Assembly: GCA_964016885.1 (NCBI GenBank)
Contig: OZ024741.1
Location: 131,254,001-131,318,000 of the forward strand
Source: Eledone cirrhosa
Lineage: Eukaryota
DNA length: 64,000 nucleotides
Reading direction: 5' to 3'
Shown: positions 52,801 to 64,000 of the stretch, piece by piece
How positions within the stretch are numbered: position 1 is the first letter of the stretch
Layout: each line of letters opens with the position of its first letter
Translations under genes and position numbers: made by a program
Notes under the pieces: generated by a model
The model's input: the letters and a program-made list of their open reading frames with translations, nothing else
Databases searched by the model: none
Told to the model about the DNA's origin: nothing

Positions 52801-55800
52801 TTGTCGTCATTGTTATCGTTGTTATTGCCGTTGTTGTCGGTGTCATTATTGTTGTTGTTGTTGTCCTCATTGTTATTGTTGTTATTGCCGTTGTTGTCGT
52901 TGTCATTTTTGTTGCTGTTGCTGTCGTCATTGTTATTGTTGTTATTGCCGTTGTTGTCGTTGTCGTTATTGTTGATGTTGCTGTCGTCGTTGTTATTGTT
53001 GTTATTGCCGTTGTTGTCGTTGTCATTATTGTTGTTGTTGCTGTCGTCATTGTTATTGTTGTTATTGCCGTTGTTGTCGTTGTCATTATTGTTGTTGTTG
53101 CTGACCGCATTCTTATTGTTGTTATTGCCGTTGTTGTCGGTGTCATTATTGTTGTTGTTGTTGTCCTCATTGTTATTGTTGTTATTGCCGTTGTTGTCGT
53201 TGTCATTTTTGTTGCTGTTGCTGTCGTCATTGTTATTGTTGTTATTGCCGTTGTTGTCGTTGTCATTATTGTTGTTGTTGATTTCGTCGTTGTTATTGTT
53301 GTTATTGCCGCTGTTGTCGTTGTCGTTATTGTTGATGTTGCTGTCGTCGTTGTTATTGTTGTTATTACCGTTGTTGTCGTTGTCATTATTGTTGTTGTTG
53401 CTGTCGTCGTTGTTATTGTTGTTATTACCGTTGTTGTCGTTGTCATTATTGTTGTTGTTGCTGTCGTCGTTGTTATTGTTGTTATTACCGTTGTTGTCGT
53501 TGTCATTATTGTTGTTGTTGCTGTCGTCATTGTTATTGTTGTTATTGCCGTTGTTGTCGTTGTTGCTTTCGTCGTTGTTATTGTTGTTACTGCCGTTGTT
53601 GTCGTTGTCATTATTGTTGTTGTTGCTGTCGTCATTGTTATTGTTGTTATTGCCGTTGTTGTCGTTGTTGCTTTCGTCGTTGTTATTGTTGTTACTGCCG
53701 TTGTTGTCGTTGTCATTATTGTTGTTGTTGCTGTCGTCATTGTTATTGTTGTTATTGCCGTTGTTGTCGTTGTTGCTTTCGTCGTTGTTATTGTTGTTAC
53801 TGCCGTTGTTGTCGTTGTCATTATTGTTGTTGTTGCTGTCGTCATTGTTATTATTGTTATTGCCGTTGTTGTCGTTGTTGCTTTCGTCGTTGTTATTGTT
53901 GTTACTGCCGTTGTTGTCGTTGTCATTATTGTTGTTGTTGCTGTCGTCATTGTTATTGTTGTTATTGCCGTTGTTGTCATTGTCATTATTGTTGTTGTTG
54001 CTTTCGTCGTTGTTATTGTTGTTACTGGCGTTGTTGTCGTTGTAATTATTGTTGTTGTTGCTGTCGTCATTGTTATTGTTGTTATTGCCGTTGTTGTCGT
54101 TGTCATTATTGTTGTCGTTGTTGCTGTCGTCGTTGTTATTGTTGTTATTGCCGTTGTTGTCGTTGTCATTATTGTTGTTGTTGCTGTCGTCATTGTTATT
54201 GTAGTTATTGCCGTTGTTGTCGTTGTTATTGTTGTTGTTGTTGCTGCCGTCGTTGTTATTGTTGTTATGGCCGTTGTTGTCGTTGTCATTATTGTTGTTG
54301 TTGCTGTCGTCGTTGTTATTGTTGTTATTGCCGTTGTTGTCGTTGTCATTGTTGTTGTTGTTGCTGTCGTCATTGTTATTTTTGTTATTGCCGTTGTTGT
54401 CGTTGTCATTATTGTTGTTGTTGCTGTCGTCGTTGTTATTGTTGTTATTGCCGTTGTTGTCGTTGTCATTAGTGTTGTTTTTGCTGTCGTCGTTGTTATT
54501 GTTGTTATTGCCGTTGTTGTCATTGTCATTATTGTTGTTGTTGCTTTCGTCGTTGTTATTGTTGTTATTGCCGTTGTTGTCGTTGTCATTATTGTTGTTG
54601 TTGTTGCTGTCGTCATTGTTATTGTTGTTATTGCCGTTGTTGTCGTTGTCATTATTGTTGTTGTTGCTGTCGTCGTTGTTATTGTTGTTATTACCGTTGT
54701 TGTCGTTGTCATTAGTGTTGTTGTTGCTGTCGTCATTGTTATTGTTGTTATTGCCGTTGTTGTCATTGTCATTATTGTTGTTGTTGCTTTCGTCGTTGTT
54801 ATTGTTGTTACTGCCGTTGTTGTCGTTGTCATTATTGTTGTTGTTGCTGTCATCATTGTTATTGTTGTTATTGCCGTTGTTGTCGTTGTCATTATTGTTG
54901 TTGTTGCTGTCGTCGTTGTTATTGTTGTTATTGCCGTTGTTGTCATTGTCATTATTGTTGTTATTGCTTTCGTCGTTGTTATTGTTGTTACTGCCGTTGT
55001 TGTCGTTGTCATTATTGTTGTTGTTGCTGTCGTCGTTGTTATTGTTGTTATTGCCGTTGTTGTCGTTGTCATTATTGTTGTTGTTGCTTTCGTCGTTGTT
55101 ATTGTTGTTACTGCCGTTGTTGTCGTTGTCATTATTGTTGTTGTTGCTGTCGTCATTGTTATTGTTGTTATTGCCGTTGTTGTCGTTGTCATTATTGTTG
55201 TCGTTGTTGTTGTCGTCGTTGTTATTGTTGTTATTGCCGTTGTTGTCGTTGTCATTATTGTTGTTGTTGCTGTCGTCATTGTTATTGTAGTTATTGCCGT
55301 TGATGTCGTTGTTATTGTTGTTGTTGTTGCTGTCGTCGTTGTTATTGTTGTTATTGCCGTTGTTGTCGTTGTCATTATTGTTGTTATTGCTGTCGTCGTT
55401 GTTATTGTTATTATTGCCGTTGTTGTCGTTGTCATTATTGTTGTTGTTGTCCTCATTGTTATTGTTGTTATTGCCGTTGTTGTCGTTGTCGTTATTGTTG
55501 ATGTTGCTGTCATCATTGTTATTGTTGTTATTGCCGTTGTTGTCGTTGTCATTATTGTTGTTGTTGTTGTTGTTGTCGTCATTGTTATCGTTGTTATTGC
55601 CGTTGTTGTCATTGTTATTATTGTTGTTGTTGTTGTCCTCATTGTTATTGTTGTTATTGCCGTTGTTGTCGTTGTCATTATTGTTGTTGTTGCTGTCGTC
55701 ATTGTTATTGTTGTTATTGCCGTTGTTGTCATTGTTATTATTGTTGTTGTTGTTGTCGTCATTGTTATTGTTGTTATTGCCGTTGTTGTCGTTGTCATTA

Positions 55801-58800
55801 TTGTTGTTGTTGCTGTCATCATTGTTATTGTTGTTATTGCCGTTGTTGTCATTGTTATTATTGTTGTTGTTGTTGTCGTCATTGTTATTGTTGTTATTGC
55901 CGTTGTTGTCATTGTTATTATTGTTGTTGTTGTTGTCCTCATTGTTATTGTTGTTATTGCCGTTGTTGTCGTTGTCATTATTGTTGTTGTTGCTGTCGTC
56001 GTTGTTATTGTTGTTATTGCCGTTGTTGTCGTTGTCATTATTGTTGTTGTTGCTGTCGTCATTGTTATTGTTGTTATTGCCGTTGTTGTCGTTGTCATTA
56101 TTGTTATTGTTGTTGTCGTCATTGCTATTGTTGTTATTGCCGTTGTTGTCGTTGTCGTTATTGTTGATGTTGCTGTCGTCGTCGTTATTGTTGTTATTGC
56201 CGTTGTTGTCGTTGTCATTATTGTTGTTGTTGCTGTCGTCATTGTTATAGGTTGTTATTGCCGTTGTTGTCGTTGTCGTTATTGTTGTTGTTGCTGTCGT
56301 CATTGTTATTGTTGTTATTGCCGTTGTTGTCGTTGTCGTTATTGTTGATGTTGCTGTCGTCGTTGTTATTGTTGTTATTGCCGTTGTTGTCGTTGTCATT
56401 ATTGTTGTTGTTGCTGTCGTCATTGTTATTGTTGTTATTGCCGTTGTTGACGTTGTCATTATTGTTATTGTTGCTGTCGTCGTTGTTATTGTTGTTATTG
56501 CCGTTGGTGTCGTTGTCATTATTGTTGTTGTTGCTGTCGTCGTTGTTATTGTTGTTGTTGCTGTCGTCGTTGTTATTGTTGTTATTGCCGTTGGTGTCGT
56601 TGTCATTATTGTTGTTGTTGCTGTCGTCATTGTTATTGTTGTTATTGCCGTTGTTGTCGTTGTCATTATTGTTGTTGTTGCTGTCGTCCTTGTTATTGTT
56701 GTTATTACCGTTGTTATTGCCGTTGTTGTCGTTGTCATTATTGTTGTTGTTGCTGTCGTCGTTGTTATTGTGGTTATTGCCGTTGGTGTCGTTGTCATTA
56801 TTGTTGTTGTTGCTGTCGTCATTGTTATTGTAGTTATTGCCGTTGATGTCGTTGTTATTGTTGTTGTTGTTGCTGTCGTCGTTGTTATTGTTGTTATTGC
56901 CGTTGTTGTCGTTGTCATTATTGTTGTTATTGCTGTCGTCGTTGTTATTGTTGTTATTGCCGTTGTTGTAGTTGTCATTATTGTTGTTGTTGTTGTCGTC
57001 ATTGTTATCGTTGTTATTGCCGTTGTTGTCGGTGTCATTATTGTTGTTGTTGTTGTCCTCATTGTTATTGTTGTTATTGCCGTTGTTGTCGTTGTCATTT
57101 TTGTTGCTGTTGCTGTCGTCATTGTTATTGTTGTTATTGCCGTTGTTGTCGTTGTCGTTATTGTTGATGTTGCTGTCGTCGTTGTTATTGTTGTTATTGC
57201 CGTTGTTGTCGTTGTCATTATTGTTGTTGTTGCTGACCGCATTCTTATTGTTGTTATTGCCGTTGTTGTCGGTGTCATTATTGTTGTTGTTGTTGTCCTC
57301 ATTGTTATTGTTGTTATTGCCGTTGTTGTCGTTGTCATTTTTGTTGCTGTTGCTGTCGTCATTGTTATTGTTGTTATTGCCGTTGTTGTCGTTGTCATTA
57401 TTGTTGTTGTTGATTTCGTCGTTGTTATTGTTGTTATTGCCGCTGTTGTCGTTGTCGTTATTGTTGATGTTGCTGTCGTCGTTGTTATTGTTGTTATTAC
57501 CGTTGTTGTCGTTGTCATTATTGTTGTTGTTGCTGTCGTCGTTGTTATTGTTGTTATTGCCGTTATTGTTGTTATTACCGTTGTTGTCGTTGTCATTATT
57601 GTTGTTGTTGCTGTCGTCGTTGTTATTGTTGTTATTACCGTTGTTGTCGTTGTCATTAGTGTTGTTGTTGCTGTCGTCATTGTTATTATTGTTATTGCCG
57701 TTGTTGTCGTTGTTGCTTTCGTCGTTGTTATTGTTGTTACTGCCGTTGTTGTCGTTGTCATTATTGTTGTTGTTGCTGTCGTCATTGTTATTGTTGTTAT
57801 TGCCGTTGTTGTCGTTGTCATTATTGTTGTTGTTGCTTTCGTCGTTGTTATTGTTGTTACTGGCGTTGTTGTCGTTGTAATTATTGTTGTTGTTGCTGTC
57901 GTCATTGTTATTGTTGTTATTGCCGTTGTTGTCGTTGTCATTATTGTTGTCGTTGTTGCTGTCGTCGTTGTTATTGTTGTTATTGCCGTTGTTGTCGTTG
58001 TCATTATTGTTGTTGTTGCTGTCGTCATTGTTATTGTAGTTATTGCCGTTGTTGTCGTTGTTATTGTTGTTGTTGTTGCTGCCGTCGTTGTTATTGTTGT
58101 TATGGCCGTTGTTGTCGTTGTCATTATTGTTGTTGTTGCTGTCGTCGTTGTTATTGTTGTTATTGCCGTTGTTGTCGTTGTCATTGTTGTTGTTGTTGCT
58201 GTCGTCATTGTTATTTTTGTTATTGCCGTTGTTGTCGTTGTCATTATTGTTGTTGTTGCTGTCGTCGTTGTTATTGTTGTTATTGCCGTTGTTGTCGTTG
58301 TCATTAGTGTTGTTTTTGCTGTCGTCGTTGTTATTGTTGTTATTGCCGTTGTTGTCGTTGTCATTATTGTTGTTGTTGCTGTCGTCGTTGTTATTGTTGT
58401 TATTACCGTTGTTGTCGTTGTCATTATTGTTGTTGTTGTTGCTGTCGTCATTGTTATTGTTGTTATTGCCGTTGTTGTCGTTGTCATTATTGTTGTTGTT
58501 GCTGTCGTCGTTGTTATTGTTGTTATTACCGTTGTTGTCGTTGTCATTAGTGTTGTTGTTGCTGTCGTCATTGTTATTGTTGTTATTGCCGTTGTTGTCA
58601 TTGTCATTATTGTTGTTGTTGCTTTCGTCGTTGTTATTGTTGTTACTGCCGTTGTTGTCGTTGTCATTATTGTTGTTGTTGCTGTCGTCGTTGTTATTGT
58701 TGTTATTGCCGTTGTTGTCATTGTCATTATTGTTGTTATTGCTTTCGTCGTTGTTATTGTTGTTACTGCCGTTGTTGTCGTTGTCATTATTGTTGTTGTT

Positions 58801-61800
58801 GCTGTCGTCATTGTTATTGTTGTTATTGCCGTTGTTGTCGTTGTCATTATTGTTGTTGTTGCTTTCGTCGTTGTTATTGTTGTTACTGCCGTTGTTGTCG
58901 TTGTCATTATTGTTGTTGTTGCTGTCGTCGTTGTTATTGTTGTTATTGCCGTTGTTGTCGTTGTCATTATTGTTGTTGTTGCTTTCGTCGTTGTTATTGT
59001 TGTTACTGCCGTTGTTGTCGTTGTCATTATTGTTGTTGTTGCTGTCGTCATTGTTATTGTTGTTATTGCCGTTGTTGTCGTTGTCATTATTGTTGTCGTT
59101 GTTGTTGTCGTCGTTGTTATTGTTGTTATTGCCGTTGTTGTCGTTGTCATTATTGTTGTTGTTGCTGTCGTCATTGTTATTGTAGTTATTGCCGTTGATG
59201 TCGTTGTTATTGTTGTTGTTGTTGCTGTCGTCGTTGTTATTGTTGTTATTGCCGTTGTTGTCGTTGTCATTATTGTTGTTATTGCTGTCGTCGTTGTTAT
59301 TGTTATTATTGCCGTTGTTGTCGTTGTCATTATTGTTGTTGTTGTTGTCCTCATTGTTATTGTTGTTATTGCCGTTGTTGTCGTTGTCATTATTGTTGTT
59401 GTTGTTGTTGTTGTCGTCATTGTTATCGTTGTTATTGCCGTTGTTGTCATTGTTATTATTGTTGTTGTTGTTGTCCTCATTGTTATTGTTGTTATTGCCG
59501 TTGTTGTCGTTGTCATTATTGTTGTTGTTGCTGTCGTCATTGTTATTGTTGTTATTGCCGTTGTTGTCATTGTTATTATTGTTGTTGTTGTTGTCGTCAT
59601 TGTTATTGTTGTTATTGCCGTTGTTGTCGTTGTCATTATTGTTGTTGTTGCTGTCATCATTGTTATTGTTGTTATTGCCGTTGTTGTCATTGTTATTATT
59701 GTTGTTGTTGTTGTCGTCATTGTTATTGTTGTTATTGCCGTTGTTGTCATTGTTATTATTGTTGTTGTTGTTGTCCTCATTGTTATTGTTGTTATTGCCG
59801 TTGTTGTCGTTGTCATTATTGTTGTTGTTGCTGTCGTCGTTGTTATTGTTGTTATTGCCGTTGTTGTCGTTGTCATTATTGTTGTTGTTGCTGTCGTCAT
59901 TGTTATTGTTGTTATTGCCGTTGTTGTCGTTGTCATTATTGTTATTGTTGTTGTCGTCATTGCTATTGTTGTTATTGCCGTTGTTGTCGTTGTCGTTATT
60001 GTTGATGTTGCTGTCGTCGTCGTTATTGTTGTTATTGCCGTTGTTGTCGTTGTCATTATTGTTGTTGTTGCTGTCGTCATTGTTATAGGTTGTTATTGCC
60101 GTTGTTGTCGTTGTCGTTATTGTTGTTGTTGCTGTCGTCATTGTTATTGTTGTTATTGCCGTTGTTGTCGTTGTCGTTATTGTTGATGTTGCTGTCGTCG
60201 TTGTTATTGTTGTTATTGCCGTTGTTGTCGTTGTCATTATTGTTGTTGTTGCTGTCGTCATTGTTATTGTTGTTATTGCCGTTGTTGACGTTGTCATTAT
60301 TGTTATTGTTGCTGTCGTCGTTGTTATTGTTGTTATTGCCGTTGGTGTCGTTGTCATTATTGTTGTTGTTGCTGTCGTCGTTGTTATTGTTGTTGTTGCT
60401 GTCGTCGTTGTTATTGTTGTTATTGCCGTTGTTGTCATTGTCATTATTGTTGTTGTTGCTGTCGTCATTGTTATTGTTGTTATTGCCGTTGGTGTCGTTG
60501 TCATTATTGTTGTTGTTGCTGTCGTCATTGTTATTGTTGTTATTGCCGTTGTTGTCGTTGTCATTATTGTTGTTGTTGCTGTCGTCCTTGTTATTGTTGT
60601 TATTACCGTTGTTATTGCCGTTGTTGTCGTTGTCATTATTGTTGTTGTTGCTGTCGTCGTTGTTATTGTGGTTATTGCCGTTGGTGTCGTTGTCATTATT
60701 GTCGTTGTTGCTGTCATCGTTGTTATTGTTGTTATTGCCGTTGGTGTCGTTGTCATTATTGTTCTTGTTGCTGTCGTCGTTGTTATTGTTGTTATTGCCG
60801 TTGTTGTCATTGTCATTATTGTTGTTGTTGCTGTCGTCATTGTTATTGTTGTTATTGCCGTTGGTGTCGTTGTCATTATTGTTGTTGTTGCTGTCGTCAT
60901 TGTTATTGTTGTTATTGCCGTTGTTGTCGTTGTCATTATTGTTGTTGTTGCTGTCGTCGTTGTTATTGTTGTTATTGCCGTTGTTGTCGTTGTCATTATT
61001 GTTGTTGTTGCTGTCGTCATTGTTATTGTTGTTATTGCCGTTGTTGTCGTTGTCATTATTGTTGTTGTTGCTGTCATCGTTGTTATTGTTGTTATTGCCG
61101 TTGGTGGCGTTGTCATTATTGTTGTTGTTGCTGTCGTCATTGTTATTGTTGTTATTGCTGTTGTTGTCGTTGTCATTATTGTTGTTGTTGCTGTCGTTTT
61201 TGTTATTGTTGTTATTGGCGTTGGTGTCGTTGTCATTATTGTTGTTGTTGCTGTCGTTTTTGTTATTGTTGTTATTGCCGTTGTTGTCGTTGTTATTATT
61301 GTTGTTGTTGCTGTCATCATTGTTATTGTTGTTATTGCCGTTGTTGTCGTTGTTATTATTGTTGTTGTTGCTGTCATCGTTGTTATTGTTGTTATTGCCG
61401 TTGGTGTCGTTGTCATTATTGTTGTTGTTGCTGTCATCGTTGTTATTGTTGTTATTGCCGTTGTTGTCGTTGTCATTATTGTTGTTGTTGCTGTCATCGT
61501 TGTTATTGTTGTTATTGCCGTTGGTGTCGTTGTCATTATTGTTGTTGTTGCTGTCGTCATTGTTATTGTTGTTATTGCCGTTGTTGTCGTTGTTATTATT
61601 GTTGTTGTTGCTGTCATCATTGTTATTGTTGTTATTGCCGTTGTTGTCGTTGTCATTATTGTTGTTGTTGCTGTCATCGTTGTTATTGTTGTTATTGCCG
61701 TTGGTGTCGTTGTCATTATTGTTGTTGTTGCTGTCGTCATTGTTATTGTTGTTATTGCCGTTGTTGTCGTTGTTATTATTGTTGTTGTTGCTGTCATCAT

Positions 61801-64000
61801 TGTTATTGTTGTTATTGCCGTTGGTGTCGTTGTCATTATTGTTGTTGTTGCTGTCATCGTTGTTATTGTTGTTATTCTCGTTGGTGTCGTTGTCATTATT
61901 GTTGTCGTTGTTGCTGTCGTCGTTGTTATTGTTGTTATTGCCGTTGTTGTCGTTGTTATTGTTGTTGTTGTTGCTGTCGTCGTTGTTATTTATGTTATTG
62001 TCGTTGTTGTCGTTGTCATTATTGTTGTTGTTGCTGTCGTCGTTGTTATTGTTATTATTGCCGTTGTTGTCGTTGTCATTATTGTTGTTGTTGTTGTCTT
62101 CATTGTTATTGTTGTTATTGCCGTTGTTGTCGTTGTCGTTATTGTTGATGTTGCTGTCATCATTGTTATTGTTGTTATTGCCGTTGGTGTCGTTGTCATT
62201 ATTGTTGTTGTTGCTGTCATCGTTGTTATTGTTGTTATTCTCGTTGGTGTCGTTGTCATTATTGTTGTCGTTGTTGCTGTCGTCGTTGTTATTGTTGTTA
62301 TTGCCGTTGTTGTCGTTGTCATTATTGTTGTTGTTGCTGTCGTCATTGTTATTGTAGTTATTGCCGTTGTTGTCGTTGTTATTGTTGTTGTTGTTGCTGT
62401 CGTCGTTGTTATTGTTGTTATTGCCGTTGTTGTCGTTGTCATTATTGTTGTTGTTGCTGTCGTCGTTGTTATTCTTATTATTGCCGTTGTTGTCGTTGTC
62501 ATTATTGTTGTTGTTGCTGTCGTCGTTGTTATTGTTGTTATTGCCGTTGTTGTCGTTGTCGTTATTGTTGATGTTGCTGTCATCATTGTTATTGTTGTTA
62601 TTGCCGTTGGTGTCGTTGTCATTATTGTTGTTGTTGCTGTCGTCGTTGTTATTGTTGTTATTGCCGTTGTTGTCATTGTCATTATTGTTGTTGTTGCTGT
62701 CGTCATTGTTATTGTTGTTATTGCCGTTGGTGTCGTTGTCATTATTGTTGTTGTTGCTGTCGTCATTGTTATTGTTGTTATTGCCGTTGTTGTCGTTGTC
62801 ATTATTGTTGTTGTTGCTGTCGTCGTTGTTATTGTTGTTATTGCCGTTGTTGTCGTTGTCATTATTGTTGTTGTTGCTGTCGTCGTTGTTATTGTGGTTA
62901 TTGCCGTTGGTGTCGTTGTCATTATTGTTGTTGTTGCTGTCATCGTTGTTATTGTTGTTATTGCCGTTGGTGTCGTTGTCATTATTGTTGTTGTTGCTGT
63001 CGTCGTTGTTATTGTTGTTATTGCCGTTGTTGTCATTGTCATTATTGTTGTTGTTGCTGTCCTCATTGTTATTGTTGTTATTGCCGTTGGTGTCGTTGTC
63101 ATTATTGTTGTTGTTGCTGTCGTCATTGTTATTGTTGTTATTGCCGTTGTTGTCGTTGTCATTATTGTTGTTGTTGCTGTCGTCGTTGTTATTGTTGTTA
63201 TTGCCGTTGTTGTGGTTGTCATTATTGTTGTTGTTGCTGTCGTCGTTGTTATTGTTGTTATTGCCGTTGTTGTCGTTGTCATTATTGTTGTTATTGCCGT
63301 TGTTGTCGTTGTTATTGTTGTAATTGCCGTTGTTGTCGTTGTCATTATTGTTGTTATTGTTGCTGTCGTCGTTGTTATTGTTGTTATTGCCGTTGTTGTT
63401 GTTGTCATTATTGTTGTTGTTGCTGTCGTTTTTGTTATTGTTGTTATTGCCGTTGTTGTCGTTGTCATTATTGTTGCTGTTGTTGCTGTCGTCGTTGTAA
63501 TTGTTGTTATTGCCGTTGTTGTCGTTGTCATTATTGTTGTTGTTGCTGTCGTCATTGTTATTGCTGTTATTGCCGTTGTTGTCGTTGTCATTATTGTTGT
63601 TGTTGCTGTCGTTTTTGTTATTGTTGTTATTGCCGTTGCTGTCGTTGTCATTATTGTTGTTGTTGCTGTCGTCATTGTTATTGTTGTTATTGCCGTTGTT
63701 GTCATATCATTATTGTTGTTGTTGCTGTCGTCGTTGTTATTGTTGTTATTGCCGTTGTTGTCGTTGTCATTATTGTCCCTGTTGCTGTCGTCATTTTTAT
63801 TGTTGTTATTGCCGTTGTTGTTGTTGTTGTTGTCATTATTGTTGTTGTTACTGTCGTCATTGTTATTGTTGTCATTGCCGTTGTTGTCGTTGTCATTATT
63901 GTTGTTGTTGCTGTCTTCGTTGTTATTGTTGTTATTGCCGTTGTTGTCGTTGTCATTATTGTTGTTGTTGCTGTCTTCGTTTTTATTGTTGTTATTGCCA
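43900..64000. repeat. Large 60-bp satellite derived from (AAC/GTT)n, more than 20 kb, runs off the window
   Basis: Unit gttgttgttgctgtcgtcattgttattgttgttattgccgttgttgtcgttgtcattatt repeated roughly 330 times with variants. Confidence 0.97.

Noticed and set aside
43766-63956. Giant poly-Leu, poly-Val, poly-Thr and poly-Asn ORFs as mucin or structural genes
   Set aside because: Several frames on both strands are open because the AAC-based unit lacks stops. Frameshifts swap Thr and Asn frames, and there is no signal peptide or flanking domain.

Overview
Repeat-dense, AT-rich eukaryotic DNA with no host gene I can support. The (TA)n/(CA)n microsatellites and the tRNA-derived SINE family resemble cephalopod (Octopus-like) DNA, which is an inference. 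The window holds a Tx1/L1-type LINE 3' half (1-2067), a nearly full but disrupted RTE LINE (2122-5134), a Tx1-like ORF1 with a zinc knuckle, Helitron, mariner, CR1, RTE and Penelope fragments, many SINEs, and a 20-kb 60-bp (AAC-derived) satellite from about 43.9 kb to the end. Two signals stand out. (1) About ten type-I hammerhead ribozyme folds (CUGANGA...GAAA...NUH with paired stems) from several unrelated sequence families. Five of them sit in long palindromic elements embedded in (TA)n tracts, and one is linked to a Penelope GIY-YIG C-terminus. (2) A short, internally deleted Ingi-like element on the minus strand (about 43300-43850), missed by the ORF track, that encodes a 2A/StopGo peptide (LLLSGDIEINPGP) followed directly by a complete PHD finger. 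All calls come from manual reading and no searches were run.
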